NCBI RefSeq assembly: GCF_009914755.1
Contig: NC_060937.1
Length of the DNA: 64,000 nt
Source: the human T2T-CHM13v2.0 reference genome, Homo sapiens
Reading direction: 5' to 3' (one strand)
Part shown: piece after piece, positions 13,972 through 27,929 of the stretch
How the letters are laid out: each line of letters opens with the position of its first letter
How positions within the stretch are numbered: position 1 is the stretch's first letter
Translations under genes and position numbers: made by a program
Notes under the pieces: generated by a model
The model's database searches: none
The model's input: the letters and a program-made list of their open reading frames with translations, nothing else
Told to the model about the DNA's origin: nothing

Positions 13972-14013
13972 TTAGGCTGGTGCAAAAGTAATCACAGTTT
14001 TTGCCATTACTAA
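13972..14013. mobile_element. MADE1 (Hsmar1-derived MITE), one arm deleted
   Basis: ttaggctggtgcaaaagtaatcacagtttttgccatta matches the MADE1 TIR; ends ctaa; TA on both sides. Confidence 0.85.
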
Positions 14014-14119
14014 TATGTATATATCATATAGATATGAAAGTCAGATGTAACACCTGTCTTCATAATACCTAAATATAAAATCTCATACCCATCAATAATT
14101 CTCAAATGCTTTAAACCGA

Positions 14120-14660
14120 CATTTTATAATAAAATTTTCAAACTTACAGAAAAGTTGGAACAATTTGACAGTGAACAACCCAGCTGGATTATCATTTAGA
14201 TTCTATAATTAACATTTTACTATAGTGTTTCATCACATGTAGATATTCATCTACCTATCCCTCTATCCATTCATCAACACATATTATTTTTGGAATATAT
14301 TTAAAAGTAAGTTGCAGATTCATCCTTAGACACTTCAGCATGCATATCTCTAACTAGATTTAAATAAATATTTTCCATGGTTTTTTCCCTTTGATGTCAA
14401 ATCTACATACACTGAAATGCACATATCTTAAAGGTACCACTGAAAGAGGTTTGATAAATGAATACAGCTGTGTAACCCAAACCACTATTAAGGTATAGAA
14501 CATATACATTACCATCATTCCAGAAAGTTCCTTCATGTTCCTCCCTAGTCAACCCCCATCCCCTCACCCCCAAAGCTGTTGATCATATTTTTTCCTATCA
14601 TGTATTAGTTTTGCCTGTTCTGAAACTTACAACTTGAATCATACAATTGCTTTTGAGAAC
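14120..14660 (-). mobile_element. Old L1M (L1MC/L1ME-like) 3' fragments
   Basis: aattttcaaacttacagaaaagttg...aaagtaagttgcaga; gaaatgcacatatcttaa...ccagaaagttcc...ttagttttgcctgttct. Confidence 0.7.
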
Positions 14661-14814
14661 TAAAAGGAGTGTTTTCTTTTTATTGTTAACACTATTTAAA
14701 TTTCTGGGATGATGAAACGTGGCCTCAGTGTCCTAAGGTATATAGAATTATAGATTATTATAAGTGGGGTGTTATCCAGGGCAGAGCAGTAGCTTACCCT
14801 TGGGTCTCGTTGAC

Positions 14815-15085
14815 AGAGATGGGGTTTCACCATGTTGGCCAGGCTGGTCTTGAACTCCTGACGTCAACCAATCTGCCTGCCTCGGCCTCCCAAAGTGCTG
14901 GGATTACAGGCGTGAGCCTCCGCGCCCAGCCTGGATATGGTGATATGATTTTTTGTCAGTCACAGCCTCTGGTGAGGACAGTTGGCTAATTTAAAAAATG
15001 CTTGGCACACACATGAGCATTGTATCCTGCTGACAGCCTTCCACAGATTCGTCCTTTTGTCTAACTTAGAGTTCTCTTGGTGAAG
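14815..15085 (+). repeat. Dispersed duplicate of 17028-17297 (half Alu plus its unique flank)
   Basis: Antisense Alu left monomer followed by the same TSD and ~155 bp unique flank as at 17144-17297 (about 10 substitutions + 1 gap). Confidence 0.96.
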
Positions 15086-16796
15086 AGATAGCTTGAAGTA
15101 TGTTCTTAGGCAAGTCACTTCCATGACATGTTCTCCTTTGTGGAGTGAAAAAGTGAAAGGCGTTTGGATGAGAATCTGGTGAGCAATCAAAAACACACAA
15201 GTTTATAGGCTTCAGGCCAACATATTTTAGTCAGCTGAAATCAGGGAGACACTGCCTGGTTGGCTGGCTGCCTCCGGACCGGGGCATCCTGCAGAGGGGC
15301 CTTCAGCTAGGGGAGGGGCAGGGAAGAAAATCTCAGGAAAGGGTGGGCAGTCCACTTTTGACCACTCCACCTTATGCAATTCTTTCTTTTCCCTTCTTCT
15401 CCCTTCACTTTCTCTGTCCTCTTGACCTTTCATTTCCTTTCTTTTCTGTCTTCCCCGTGGCAGCTGTGAACATGTGGATCCCTTGTGCCTGAGGTTCTGC
15501 TGGTAGCTCCTGCAGCCCGCCAGACTCCAGGCTCAAGGCTTAGGGGTGTTTCTTCCCACAGTCTTCTGGAGAGTGTACCAACAATTTCTCCACGCTCCCT
15601 GGGGTTGCTCAGCTCAGCAGGGCTGGGGAAGTGAGAGCTGCTAACCGGCTGTGTCTGTGAGTCAGCATTTCTCCCCACCGACTCAGGTCTGGGGAGAGAC
15701 CCTGGGAGAGGATGTGGAGGAGGCACTTTCCTTTCCCAGACTGGAGATCAGGCGTCCCCAGGGGCAGGGGGCTGGGGGTAGAAGGTCGAGGAGTGAGGAG
15801 TTGTGGAGAGTGAGTGGTGTCTGGAGCATAACTGTTGTATGTATTCATGCATGCGCGTGTACACATCACTGAATTTGTTTGTGGTGACTAGAGTCAGTTC
15901 TAAAATGTGTTCTTGTAAAGTCTTAGGCTCCTAAAAAAATCATTTGAATATGGATTTTAAATATTCTCAGAAGTTTGAGAAAATATTCCTACTAACTATG
16001 ACAGGGAACAAATACATACAAATTAGTTAATAACATCATGCTAAAACGTATAATGTGATTTTCAAAACATGCTAAAGAGTTAAAAAGTCTTTTTAAAATT
16101 TGTTTATTTTTTATTTCTCTTCCCTCTTAGAGCGTAAAAAGTTTTAAGAGGGTTTTTTGTTTTTTCTTGATATTTAAAATTTTGGTTTGATGCTGAGAAA
16201 AGCTTTCCACATACTAGGCACGTAATAGATATTCAGTATTATGTGATCACAGGAAGTAAAATAAGTTAGAGAGATCAGAGAGATTATTCTGTATTTAAAG
16301 GATTGAGATTTTCTACTATTTTTAGCCAAAGAACAATATGCAACCTTGAGTTAAAAGATTCCTTATTACTGATTGGGAGTTTGACTGTTTTGCAAAAACT
16401 GTGCTTGCCACATATTGTCAGATGATGATGAAAAATCTAAGTTTAGGCTTGACATATAGTGAATTATGTGGCTTTTCCCCAACTTGAATAAACATACTTA
16501 AAAAAAATCCCACTGGTTTATTTGTCTTCATGTAGCTTGCTTACCTCACAAGGTTTATTTCAGTAGTCATTTAAAACCAAATTTCTGAATTCTTACATTG
16601 TATAGAAATATCCCAGGAACCATTTTTGGGTTGAACAAGACTTTTATATTAGTTCCCCAGTCATAACAATATTTTCTTGAAGTTACAGTAATATATTCTT
16701 GAAGGCATAATAATACATTCTTGAATATATTATTGAAATTCAACTTATATGAGAATATGTTAAGAATGTATGAGAATATATTAAAGAATATATTGA

Positions 16797-17169
<373 letters not shown>

Positions 17170-18165
17170 TAGTCACAGCCTCTGGTGAGGACAGTTGACT
17201 AATTTAAAAATGCTTGGCACACACATGAGCATTGTATCCTGCTGAGAGTCTTCCACAGATTTGTCCTTTGGTCTAACTTATATTTCTCTTGGTGAAGTTT
17301 ACACTCATTTCTTTTTGTTCTACCCTTATTGGTGACTAAGAGACCAGCTGTATTCCAACTTCTGAATACTGGCAGAATTCTGAATCAGTAGCTCTTCCAA
17401 AAGGGCCTAGCTTACCTCAGAGAATCAGTCTGGCCCTTGTGTCCTTGTCTCCTCTATGGAGAACATGGAGTTGCTTTTCTTTGCAGTTGGTTGTAGCTTA
17501 AACCATAGTGCATTGCTGAGTCGTGTGATGTGTGATTCATCAGGCCTCAGGTGACAACGGTGGATTTCCTTCAGGAATGAGTAGCAAACATTTTGGCCCC
17601 TCTTTGGGTGCCAAGCACCATGAGGTAAGGGAGTACTTTACAGACCCCTAGAGATCCACGGGTGCTCTAGATATAGCCATATTTCAGCCCCTGGATCCTT
17701 TGTTAGTGCCATATTAGGAGAATGCCTGTGGAAATGGCTTCTTTTCTCCACATAAGGCTTTTCTTTTTCTATTTTTAAAAATTTGGACCACCAGGCAAGA
17801 ACACATCAGGAATTTTTCTGTTTAATTTGAACACATGTGTTAAGAGGCAGAGTATAGAAAGTAGTCTGAGACTAGAGAATCTAATGGAGTAACTAAGAGG
17901 GTTTACACCTAGGATATTGGAATTAGCTATGTCCTAGGCTATAAATCTAAGGTATCTTTGTTCTAAAATGAAACATGACACAGACATGACAGATGACAAA
18001 GAGTACACTTTATTGTAGATCCATATAATACTGAGAAAATTATTTTTCTGCAAATCTCCTTGGAGATCAGGATGGGGTTGAACCTCACCTGAACCTTAAG
18101 TCATGGAAAGTGAAGGAGAATTTTAGGATGGCATACAGTACAATGATCTTTAAAATGAACTGCAG

Positions 18166-18646
<481 letters not shown>

Positions 18647-18677
18647 CTAGAATCTAGTGTAAGAAAGATCTGACTGA

Positions 18678-18719
18678 GGGCACATGTTCTCAGGATCTCC
18701 TGAGGGCTGTGTCACAGGC
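18678..18719 (+). mobile_element. Isolated fragment of a MER4-group ERV1 LTR
   Basis: gggcacatgttctcaggatctcctgagggctgtgtcacaggc matches the remembered MER4-group LTR 3' region. Confidence 0.7.
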
Positions 18720-19359
18720 AAAAACGTGGAATAAAATAAAATAAAATATCCAATTAAGCATAACACATTAACTTTAAAAAAACCTAAGTGTAGCAGTATT
18801 TCATAGTGTTTTGCAAAGATGCTGTTACTTTCATGACACCTACCACCTGAAGAAGTTTGAGAAGGACCAGGTTCTAATTGTGCAACTGCCATTAACTAGC
18901 TAGCTGTCCTTGGATAAGCCTAGAAAAGCTGCGTAAAGGAGGAAGGATTTGAATTGGACCCTGAAAGAAAGTCAGATCTTAGAAAAGCAGAGAGGGGAGG
19001 GGGAAGTTATTTCTAATGAGAGAAGAGGAGGGTAAGGAGATCAAAGACCTAAGAAGTATAAAGTTTATGTGGGTAATAGAGAGAACATCTGCTTGCCATG
19101 AATTTCTCTTGAGTTTTTTTGGCCCCAGTGTAGAACTAGTGTCTCTGTTCTCTGCTGTGACCTCACCTGGAAATGTCTATTAGTTTATCATGCCATGCTG
19201 GATTAAAGAAAAACCACAGAGAGAGGAGTTCAGAGATTTATGTATTATATAATACATCATAATTATTTTTATTTAAATAATTATTTTTATGAATTAATAA
19301 ATTAGAAAAGAATCATTTGTATTATTTACGTGTATATCTTCCACCTGAAGTATGTTTGG

Positions 19360-19652
19360 CAATACATTCTCTCAGCTTTCTTTTGTCTGAATCTGTCTTT
19401 ATTTTTGAAGGAGTTTTAAAATTGGATATAGAATTAGACATAGAATTTTAGGTTATAGCTTTTTTTGCATTGTTTTTGTGAGAAATCAGTGGTACTTCAA
19501 GTTATTGCTTTCCTATCTGTAATATATCCCTTTTCTCTGGCTGCTTTAAAGATTTTCCCATTATCATTTGTTTTCAACAACTTGATTATAATGTGTCTTG
19601 GTGTTTGAGTCTGTGTATTTATTTTACTTGTGATACATTGAGCTTCTTAGAG
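19360..19652 (-). mobile_element. Old L1M ORF1-region fragment
   Basis: attctctcagcttt...tttttgaagga...ttttctctggctgctttaaagatttt...ttgattataatgtgtcttggtg...gagcttctt. Confidence 0.7.
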
Positions 19653-22600
19653 CTAAGGTCTTGCAGCAATCCAGGGAGCATTTATTCAAGAAAAATGGCT
19701 GATTTTTGGTAAAAAATACAGAGCTTTGTGGTGCTTTAACTTGTCCTATTACAATCCCCTCCTTCTCCAACTCCATAGTAGCCTTGAAAATCAACAGCCC
19801 ATAAATCACGATGAAAACCAGCAGGCTGGTAGCCACATGAGAGGGAAGAATAGGGTTGGAGTTCCTTCAAATCCCCATTCCTAGAGACTTTTATTATTTG
19901 ACTTGTCTGATTGTTCTCTGGAACATCCCACTTATGGGGCTGTCTTTATTTGACCCGACTCAGAGGTCATCTAATGTGAACAGGCTTTTCCTTAAGGGTG
20001 TTTGTTCAAAATGATGAGAAGCAAATGTTGAAATTTCAACTGCCTGAAGCACTGAATAATAGTTGTGGCAAACAGTAGGCTAACCAAAAGGCTTAAAAGA
20101 AAATGCTGGGGAATGATATGTTCATAGGGGTCTTTGGAAGGCTCCAGCATATTCCTCAGAACCTAAAAGGTCACATGCACGTGTGGGGTTGTTTACAAGC
20201 CTAGAGCCCATACTCAGGAAAGGCCTCAAAGGTCCCACCTTTGGCTTTTTGCTTTTATGGCTAATCAACAGGTTCTGCACAAGCAGGAAGTGAAGGCTAA
20301 GGCAGAGTTATAAATGGCCTGTTTTAGCATTGCCTGTTGAAAGCATGCCTAGACATGCAGAGTTCTTCAGCAAAGACTGGTAAACTCATTGATTCCAGAC
20401 ATCTAAGGAAGTCTGTGTCTAATCATTAGCTGACCACTATTGTAACTGAGCAGAGATTTCAGTGGCAAAACATTACAAAATATACAGACTACAGAATTAG
20501 TTCAAAAAAGTCACTAAACCACTACCAATACTACCACCAGCAAACAGTAACAAGCAGAAACCACAGGGAAGGAGGGGAATTTGTATTCCAGGCTTTCCTT
20601 ATTATATTAGTTAAAATATATAGTTTTCAACAGAAAATTATGAGATAAACAAATAACAAAGTATCAGGGAAAAAAAGCAGACCACAGAAACTGTTCCCAA
20701 AGAAGTTTGGACTTTCTGAAAAAAGACTAAAAATTAGCTATTTTAAATATATTTCAGGAACTAAAGGAATATATGAGAACAATATCTCACCAAGTAGAGA
20801 ATATTAAAGAAAGATAGAAATGATAAAAGGGGCAAATAGAAATTATTGAGTTGAAATTTTTAATAATTGAAATAAAAAATTCACTTCAGAAGCAAAGTTG
20901 AGTAAGCAGAAGGCAGAATGAGCAAACTTGAAGATAAGTCAATTGAGATTCAGTCTGAGAAGCAGAAAGCAAAAAGAATGGTGAAAAATGAAAAAACTCA
21001 GAGACTTATGGGACATCATCAAAAGTGCCAACATATACATAATGGGAGTCTCAGTTCAGGAGAGAGTTAGAGAAGAGAAGAAAAAATATTTTAAGAAATA
21101 ATGGCCCCAAACCTCCCAAATTTGAGGAAAAATATTAATCTACATATCCCCAAAGCTCAGTGAACTCCACATAAGATAAATACCTAAAAAAAACCCCAGA
21201 TCATAATCTAGGGTTGACAGATCATTATCATACTATCAAAAGCCAAAGATAAAGAGAATCTGGAAAGTAGCAAGAGAGAAGTGACTCATCATTTACAAGG
21301 GACTTTCAATAAAATCAACAGCTGATTTCTCATTGGAAACCCTGGATCCCAGAAGGCACTGAGATGATATGTTTAAATTGTTGAAAGACAGACTGTCAAA
21401 CAAGAATAAACAACTATCCTTGAAAGATGGAGGTGAAATTAAGACATTCCCAGATAAAGAAAAACAGAATTTGTTACTATCAGACCTTTCCTATAAGAAA
21501 TACTACAGGGACTCCTTCAGGCTGAAATGAAAGGACACCAGACAGTAACTAAAATTCATATGAAGAAATAAAGAGCACCACCAGTAAAGGTAACAATATA
21601 AGTAAATATAAATGTTTAAATGTAGTTTTTATTTATAACTTTTTTCTAACAGATTTAAGCAATAATTGCATAAAGCAATGATTATATAACTGTGTTGATG
21701 GGCATAAAATATATAAAGAGGTAATTTGCATGACAACAGCACAATAGTGAAGGGGAAAATGGTGTTAAATAAGAGCAATGTTTTTATATGCTGTTGAAAT
21801 TAAGTTGATATTAATCTAAACTATATTGTTATAAGTTAAGGTATTGTAATTTGCAGGGCAACAACTAAACAATTAAGTTAAAAAATAGTCAAAGAAGAAC
21901 AGAGAATTAAAATGCTGTGTTAGAAAATATTATTTAGCAAGAAAAGGTAGTAATGGAGGAATAGAGGAACAAAAAAGACCTAACATATGTATATAGAAAA
22001 CAAATAACTAAATTTTACCTTATCAGTAAATACATTAAATATAAACAGATAGAACATTCCAATTAAAGACAGATATTGGGAGGCAAAAAAATCATGATTA
22101 AACTATATGGCATCTGCAAGAGACATACTTTAGATTTAAAACCACAAAAAGGTTCAAAGTTAAAGGGTGGAGAAAGACATACCACACAAATTGTAAACAA
22201 AAGAGCTGGAGTGGCTTTGCTACTATGAGACAAAGTAGATTGTAAGACAAAAATTGCTACCAGGTACAAAAAAGGGTATTTTATATTGATTAAAAAGGTC
22301 AGTATATCCAGAAGACATAAGAATGTTACATAGCCACAGAGCCCCAAAATACATGAAGCAAAACCTGACAGAATTAAAGGAAGAATTAGAAAAATCTAAC
22401 AATATATAGTCAGAGACTTTAATACTGTACTATCAATAATAGATAGAACAACTAGACACAAGATCAACAATGACAGAATTGAGCAACGCTATAAACCAAG
22501 TAGATGTAACAGACATCTATAGAGCACTCCACCCCAAAAGAGCATAACATACTTTCTTCTCAAAATGCACATGGAACATGGAGCATATGTCAAGCCATAT

Positions 22601-24134
22601 AGCATCTCAATAAGTTTAAAAGGATTGAAATCATACAAAGCATGTTCTCTGACCACAATGGAATGCAATTATAAATTAGTAACAAAAAGACATTTGTGAA
22701 ACTCACAAATATGTGGAAATTAAACAACACACTGATAAATATCTAAAAGGTAAAAGAAGCAGTTACAAAGGACATAAGAAAATGCTTTGAGATGAATGAA
22801 AACAAAGACACAACATACCAGAATTTATGTGCTGCAACAAAAACAGTGCTTAAAGGGAAATTTACAGCTATAAATTCCTGTATTAAAAAAGAAGAAAAAA
22901 TCTTAACCTAATTGGAATAACCTAATTCCTTAAGAAACTAGAAAAAGAAAAGCAAACTGAACCCAAAACAAACAAAAGAAAGGAATTAATAAAGATTACA
23001 GTGGAAATAATGGAAACAGAGGCCAGAAAAACAATAGAGAAAATTAGCAAAACCAAAAGTTAGTTCTCTGAAAGATCAACAAAATTAATGAACTTTTGTC
23101 TAGATTGACCAAGAAGAGGAGAGAGAAGACTCAAATTACTGCACTCAGGAATGAAAGGCAAGACATTACTACCAACCTTATAGAAATAAAAAGGAATATA
23201 CAGGAACACTATGAATAATTGTATGTCAACAAGCTAGATAACCTAGATAAATTGGACAAATTCTTAGGCACAATCTACTGAAATAGACTCAAGAAATAGA
23301 AAATATGAGTAGATCTATAACAAAGAAAGAGTTTGGGTAAATAATCAGAAAACTTCCCACAAAGAAAAGCCTAGGCCTGCGTGGCTTCATCAGTAAATTT
23401 TACCATATGTTTAAAGAACACCAATTCTTCACAAACATTTCCAGAAAAACCCCACTTATCCACTCATTCTAATACCAAAACTGGACAAAGACATTACAAA
23501 AAAAGAAAACTATAGACCAGTAATTCCTATGAGTATAAATGCAAACATCCTCAACAAAACACAAGCAAACCAAATCCAGAAGCATATAAAAAGGTTTATA
23601 TACTCATTAGTAGGTGAGATGTATTCTAGGAATGCAAGGCTGGTTCAACATGTTGAAATCAATCAATCAATATATGTGTCATTAATAGAATAAAGTTAAA
23701 AAATTTTATGATCATTTCAATAGATGCAGGAAAAGCATTTGACAAAATCCAGTACCCTTTCATAATAAAAACATTCAACAAACTAGGAACAGAAGGGGAC
23801 TTCCTCAAACAGATAAAGAACATCTACAAAAAGCCCAAAACTAACATTATACTTAATACTTATACTCAATAATGATAGATTGAAAACTTCCCTCCTAAGA
23901 TTAGGATCAAACAAGGATATCCACTTTCACTGCTTTTATTTGACATTGTCCTGGAAGTTCTAGCCAGAGTACTTAGGCAAGAAAAAGAAATTGGCATTCA
24001 CATTGGGAGGAAAGAATTAAAATGATCTCTCTTTGTAGACAGCATGATCTTATATCTAATAAAAATTATTAGAGCAAATAAAACAGTTCAGCAAATTTAC
24101 AGGACACAAGATGGATATGCAAAAATCAATTGTA

Positions 24135-24830
24135 CAGTTGACTCTTCAACAATATAGGTTTGAACTGTGTGTTCACTTATATGATTTTCTTCTACCTCTG
24201 CCATCCCTGAGATAGCAAGACCAACACCTCCTTTTTCTCTCCTCCTCAGCTTACTCAACATGCAGACAATAAAGACTTTTAAGATAATCTACTTTCACTT
24301 AATGAATAATAAATATATTTTCTCTTGTGATTTTCTTTTTTATTCTTTTCTTCTTATTTTTAGAGACAGGGTCTTGCTCTGTCACCTAGGCTGGAGTGCA
24401 GTGGTGGAATCATGGCTCACTGCAACCTTGAGATTCTGGGCTCAAGTGATCCTCCCAACCTCAGCCTCCCCGATAGCTGGGACTACAGGGGCCTGCCACC
24501 ATGCCTGGCCAGTTTTTTATATTTTTTTGTAGAGACAGGGTTTCACCATTTTTCCCAGGGTGGTCTGGAACTCCTGGGCTCAAGTAATCTGCTTGCCTTG
24601 TCCTCCCAAAGTGCTGGGATTACAGGTGTGTGCCACCACACCTGGCTAAGTTTTCTTTTTTCTTTTTTGTACAGACAGGGTCTTGCAATGTTGCCCAGGC
24701 TAGTCTTGAACTCCTTCAACAGCAGGCTATTAGTAGTAGTTAAGTTTTTGGGGAGTCAAAAGTTACATGCAGATTTTTGACTGTGAAAGGGGGTCAGTAC
24801 TCCAATTCCTAGTTGTTCAAAGGTCAATTG
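24135..24830. mobile_element. Tigger2a/MER28-like DNA transposon nested in L1 ORF2
   Basis: TIRs cagttgactcttcaacaa ... ttgttcaaaggtcaattg; TA TSD; L1 'caaaaatcaattgta|tttttatacac' rejoins across it. Confidence 0.9.
24335..24716 (-). mobile_element. AluJ-like plus extra partial monomer inside Tigger2a
   Basis: Alu dimer 24335-24646, then a T-rich linker and a second left-monomer piece 24650-24716. Confidence 0.9.
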
Positions 24831-24883
24831 TATTTTTATACACTATCAATAAATCATTCAAAATAATTTAATAAAGCAATTCC

Positions 24884-25095
24884 TTTTTTATGTTTTTGAC
24901 AGGGTCTACCTCTGTTGCTCAGGCTGGAATGCAGTGGCACGATCTTGGCTCACTGCAAACCTCTGCCTCCCAGGTTCAAGCAATCCTCCTGCCTCAGCCT
25001 TAGGAGTAGCTGGGAATACAGGTGCACACCACCCTGACTGACTAATTTTTAAATGTTTTTGTAGAGACGAGGTGTCACTATATTGCCCAGGTTGG
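24884..25095 (-). mobile_element. 5'-truncated Alu inside L1 ORF2
   Basis: TSD aaag(c/g)aattcc at 24873-24883 and 25096-25106. Confidence 0.9.
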
Positions 25096-26859
25096 AAAGG
25101 AATTCCATTTAAAAGAGGATAAAAAAGGATAAAATACTTAGGAATAAATTTCACAAAGGAAGTACAAGACTTTTATCTTTAAAAGTACAAAACGTTGTAA
25201 TGAATTAAAGAACACCTAAATAAATGGAGCAATATTTCAGGTTTATGGATTGGAAGACTTAACATTGTTACATTGTTAAGATGGTCATTCTCTCCTATTT
25301 TATCTACAGTTTTAGTGTTATCCTTAAAAGTTCAGTGGTTTTTTTCCCCCAGATATTAACAAGCTGATCCTAAAATTTATATGGAAATGCAAGGGATTTA
25401 GAGTAGCCAAAACAAGATTGACAAAGTAAAACAAAGATAATTCACACTTCCCAATTTTGAAATTTAATACACAGCTGCAGTAATCAAGATTATGTGGTAT
25501 AAGCATACATACAGAGATCAATGGAATAGAACTGAGAGTCCAGAAATGAACTCAGACATTTATGGTCAATTGATTTTTGACAAGGGTGCCAAGACAATTC
25601 ACTGGAGATAGAATAGTATTTTCAACAAATGGTGCAGGAATAACTTGCTATTGATATGCAAAAGAATGAAGTTAGATCCTTACCTTGTACAATATGTGAA
25701 AAATAACTAAAAATAGATATCAAAAACCTAACTATGAGAGCTAAAAATATAATTCTCATAGAAAAAAATAGGTTTAAATTTTTGTGACTTTGGATTAGGT
25801 AATGGTTTCAGATATGACAGCCAAAGTATAAGCAGAGAAAATATAGATAAACTGAACTTAATCAAAAGTTAAAACTTTTGAATTTCAAAGGACACTATCA
25901 AGAAGGTGAAAATAAACTCACACAATTGGAAAAACGTTTGCAAATGTTTTCACATCTGATAAAGCTGTAGCCAGAATATGAAAAACTGTTACAACTTAAC
26001 AATGAAAAGACAACCCAATTTTAAAAATGGACAATACATTTGAATAGACATTCTTCAAAGAAGTATATGAATGACCAATAAGCACATGAAAAGATGCTGG
26101 ACATCATTAGATACTGGGAAAATGCGATTCAAGACTGCAATGTGATATTGCCTAATACCTACCAGAATAGGTAAAATAGAAAAGACAAACATTAGCAAGT
26201 ATTGATAAGGATGTGTAGAAGTTGGAACTCTCATACATTGCTGGTGGGAATGAAAATGTTGCATTTACTTTGGAGAACAGTTTGGTAGTTCCTCAAAAAC
26301 TTAAAGACAGAGTTGCTATACAACTCAACAATTCCACTTCTACATATATACCCAAGAGAACTGAAAATATATGTCCACACAAAAGCTTGTACACCAATGT
26401 CGATAGCAGCACTATTTATTATAGCCAAAAAGTAAAAACAACCGTATGTCCATCAAGTGATGACTAAAGTGTTGTATATCCATATGATGGAATATTATGC
26501 AGCCATAAAAAGGAATTAAGTCCTCATATCTGCTACAACATGGGTGAACCTTGAATACATTATGCTAAGTGAAAAAAGTCAGACACATGTCATATGATGC
26601 CATTTATCTGAAAAGTTCAGAATAGGCACATCTATAAAGATAGAAAGCAGATTAATGGTTGATAGGGGCTGGGCAATAGGGATATAGTGAGTGACTGCTA
26701 ATGGGTATCGGGTTTTATTTGGATATGATGAGAGTATTTTGGAATTAGATAGTGGTGACAGTTGTACAACTATATAAATGTATTAAAAACTACTGCATTG
26801 TATACTTTAAAGGGTCAGTTTTATGACATGTGAGTTATATCTCAATTTTTAAACAACCA

Positions 26860-27195
26860 ATTGAGAGACAGTATACAAAATACCTGATCATTAATACTCA
26901 AAACTGTTAAGGTCATCAAAACCAAAGAAAACCTGAGAACCTGTCACAACCAAGAACAGCCAAAGGAAATGACAAAAAAATGAAATGTGGTATCCTGGAT
27001 GGGATCCCGGGTTAGAAAAAGGACATTAGTGATAACTGAGGAATTTTGGGTAAAGTCTCTACTTTCGTTGATAATAATGCATCAATATTGGCTCATTAAT
27101 GGTGACAAATAAACCATACTAAGGGGAAGCTCATGTAAGAGAACTGTGTACTACCATCACAATCATCTAAGTGTTCTAAAATAAAAAGATTGCTT
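26860..27195 (+). mobile_element. L1MC/L1MD-like 3' UTR fragment
   Basis: caaaactgttaaggtcatcaaaa...atgtggtatcctggatgggatcc...aaaaaggacatt...tgtgttctaaaataaaaag. Confidence 0.8.
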
Positions 27196-27206
27196 GAAAA
27201 AAGGCT

Positions 27207-27497
27207 GGCCAGGCGCGGTGGTTTGCACCTGTAATCCCAGCACTTTGGGAGGACGAGGCGGAGGACCACTTGAGGTCAGGAGTTTGAGATCAGCCTGACC
27301 AATGTGGTGAAACACCATCTCTACTAAAAATACAAAAAAATTAGCCAGGCAAAGTAGCAGGTTCCTGTAATCCCAGCTACTTGGGAGGCTGAGGCAGCAG
27401 AATGGCTTGAGGTGGGAGGTGAAGGTTGCAGTGAATTGAGATCACACCACTACACTCCAGCCTGGGCAACAGAGTTATCCCCGTTTAAAAAAAATAA
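27207..27497 (+). mobile_element. AluS
   Basis: ggccaggcgcggtgg...cacttgaggtcaggagtt...cagcctgggcaacagag, A tail. Confidence 0.95.
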
Positions 27498-27724
27498 ATG
27501 ACAGAGGAAAAATATAACTAAGAGCCTATTGTATTATTCGACATGAACTCCTCGAGATAAATACAATCTTGAAGCTCCTTCTAACTTTAGAAACCTGTGA
27601 TTTCTTGCATAGTTTGGCTAGTTGAGTTTTGTACTGTAAGTTCCACCGGTCAGCTTCTCAGCCAGACTTGGGTAATTTATGTCCAGGGTGACAGGAAGCA
27701 CTGAGGAAAGAGCGTTCTCATCAG

Positions 27725-27828
27725 TGGTGATGTAATAATATGTACACCAAACCCTCATGACACATGTTTATCTATGTCACAAACCTTCACATGTACCCCT
27801 AAACCTAAAATTAAAATTAGAAAAAAAA
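27725..27828 (+). mobile_element. Heavily 5'-truncated older L1P 3' end
   Basis: aaaccctcatgacacatgtttatctatgtcacaaaccttcacatgtacccctaaacctaaaa + A tail. Confidence 0.85.
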
Positions 27829-27929
27829 GAGTCTCTTTCTCAGACCCTTCCAAACCAACATGTGTGAAACATAGTGAGTTGTCCTTTTAAACTTTTATCA
27901 TATCATGTAAAGGTGATGTACTCCACAAG

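Larger units (their letters stand above)
19655..26832 (+). mobile_element. Near-full-length decayed L1M (L1MB7/8-like 3' end)
   Basis: 5' region, ORF1 relic (~20650-21540), ORF2 relic (~22000-26560, e.g. 'tcaatagatgcaggaaaagcatttgacaaaatcca'), 3' end 'tgtgagttatatctcaattttta'; many stops and indels. Confidence 0.92.

Noticed and set aside
19360-19700. Antisense L1 piece abutting the 5' end of the long L1 as a twin-priming inversion
   Set aside because: The inverted piece is ORF1-region sequence that the sense element also contains; separate insertions are more likely.
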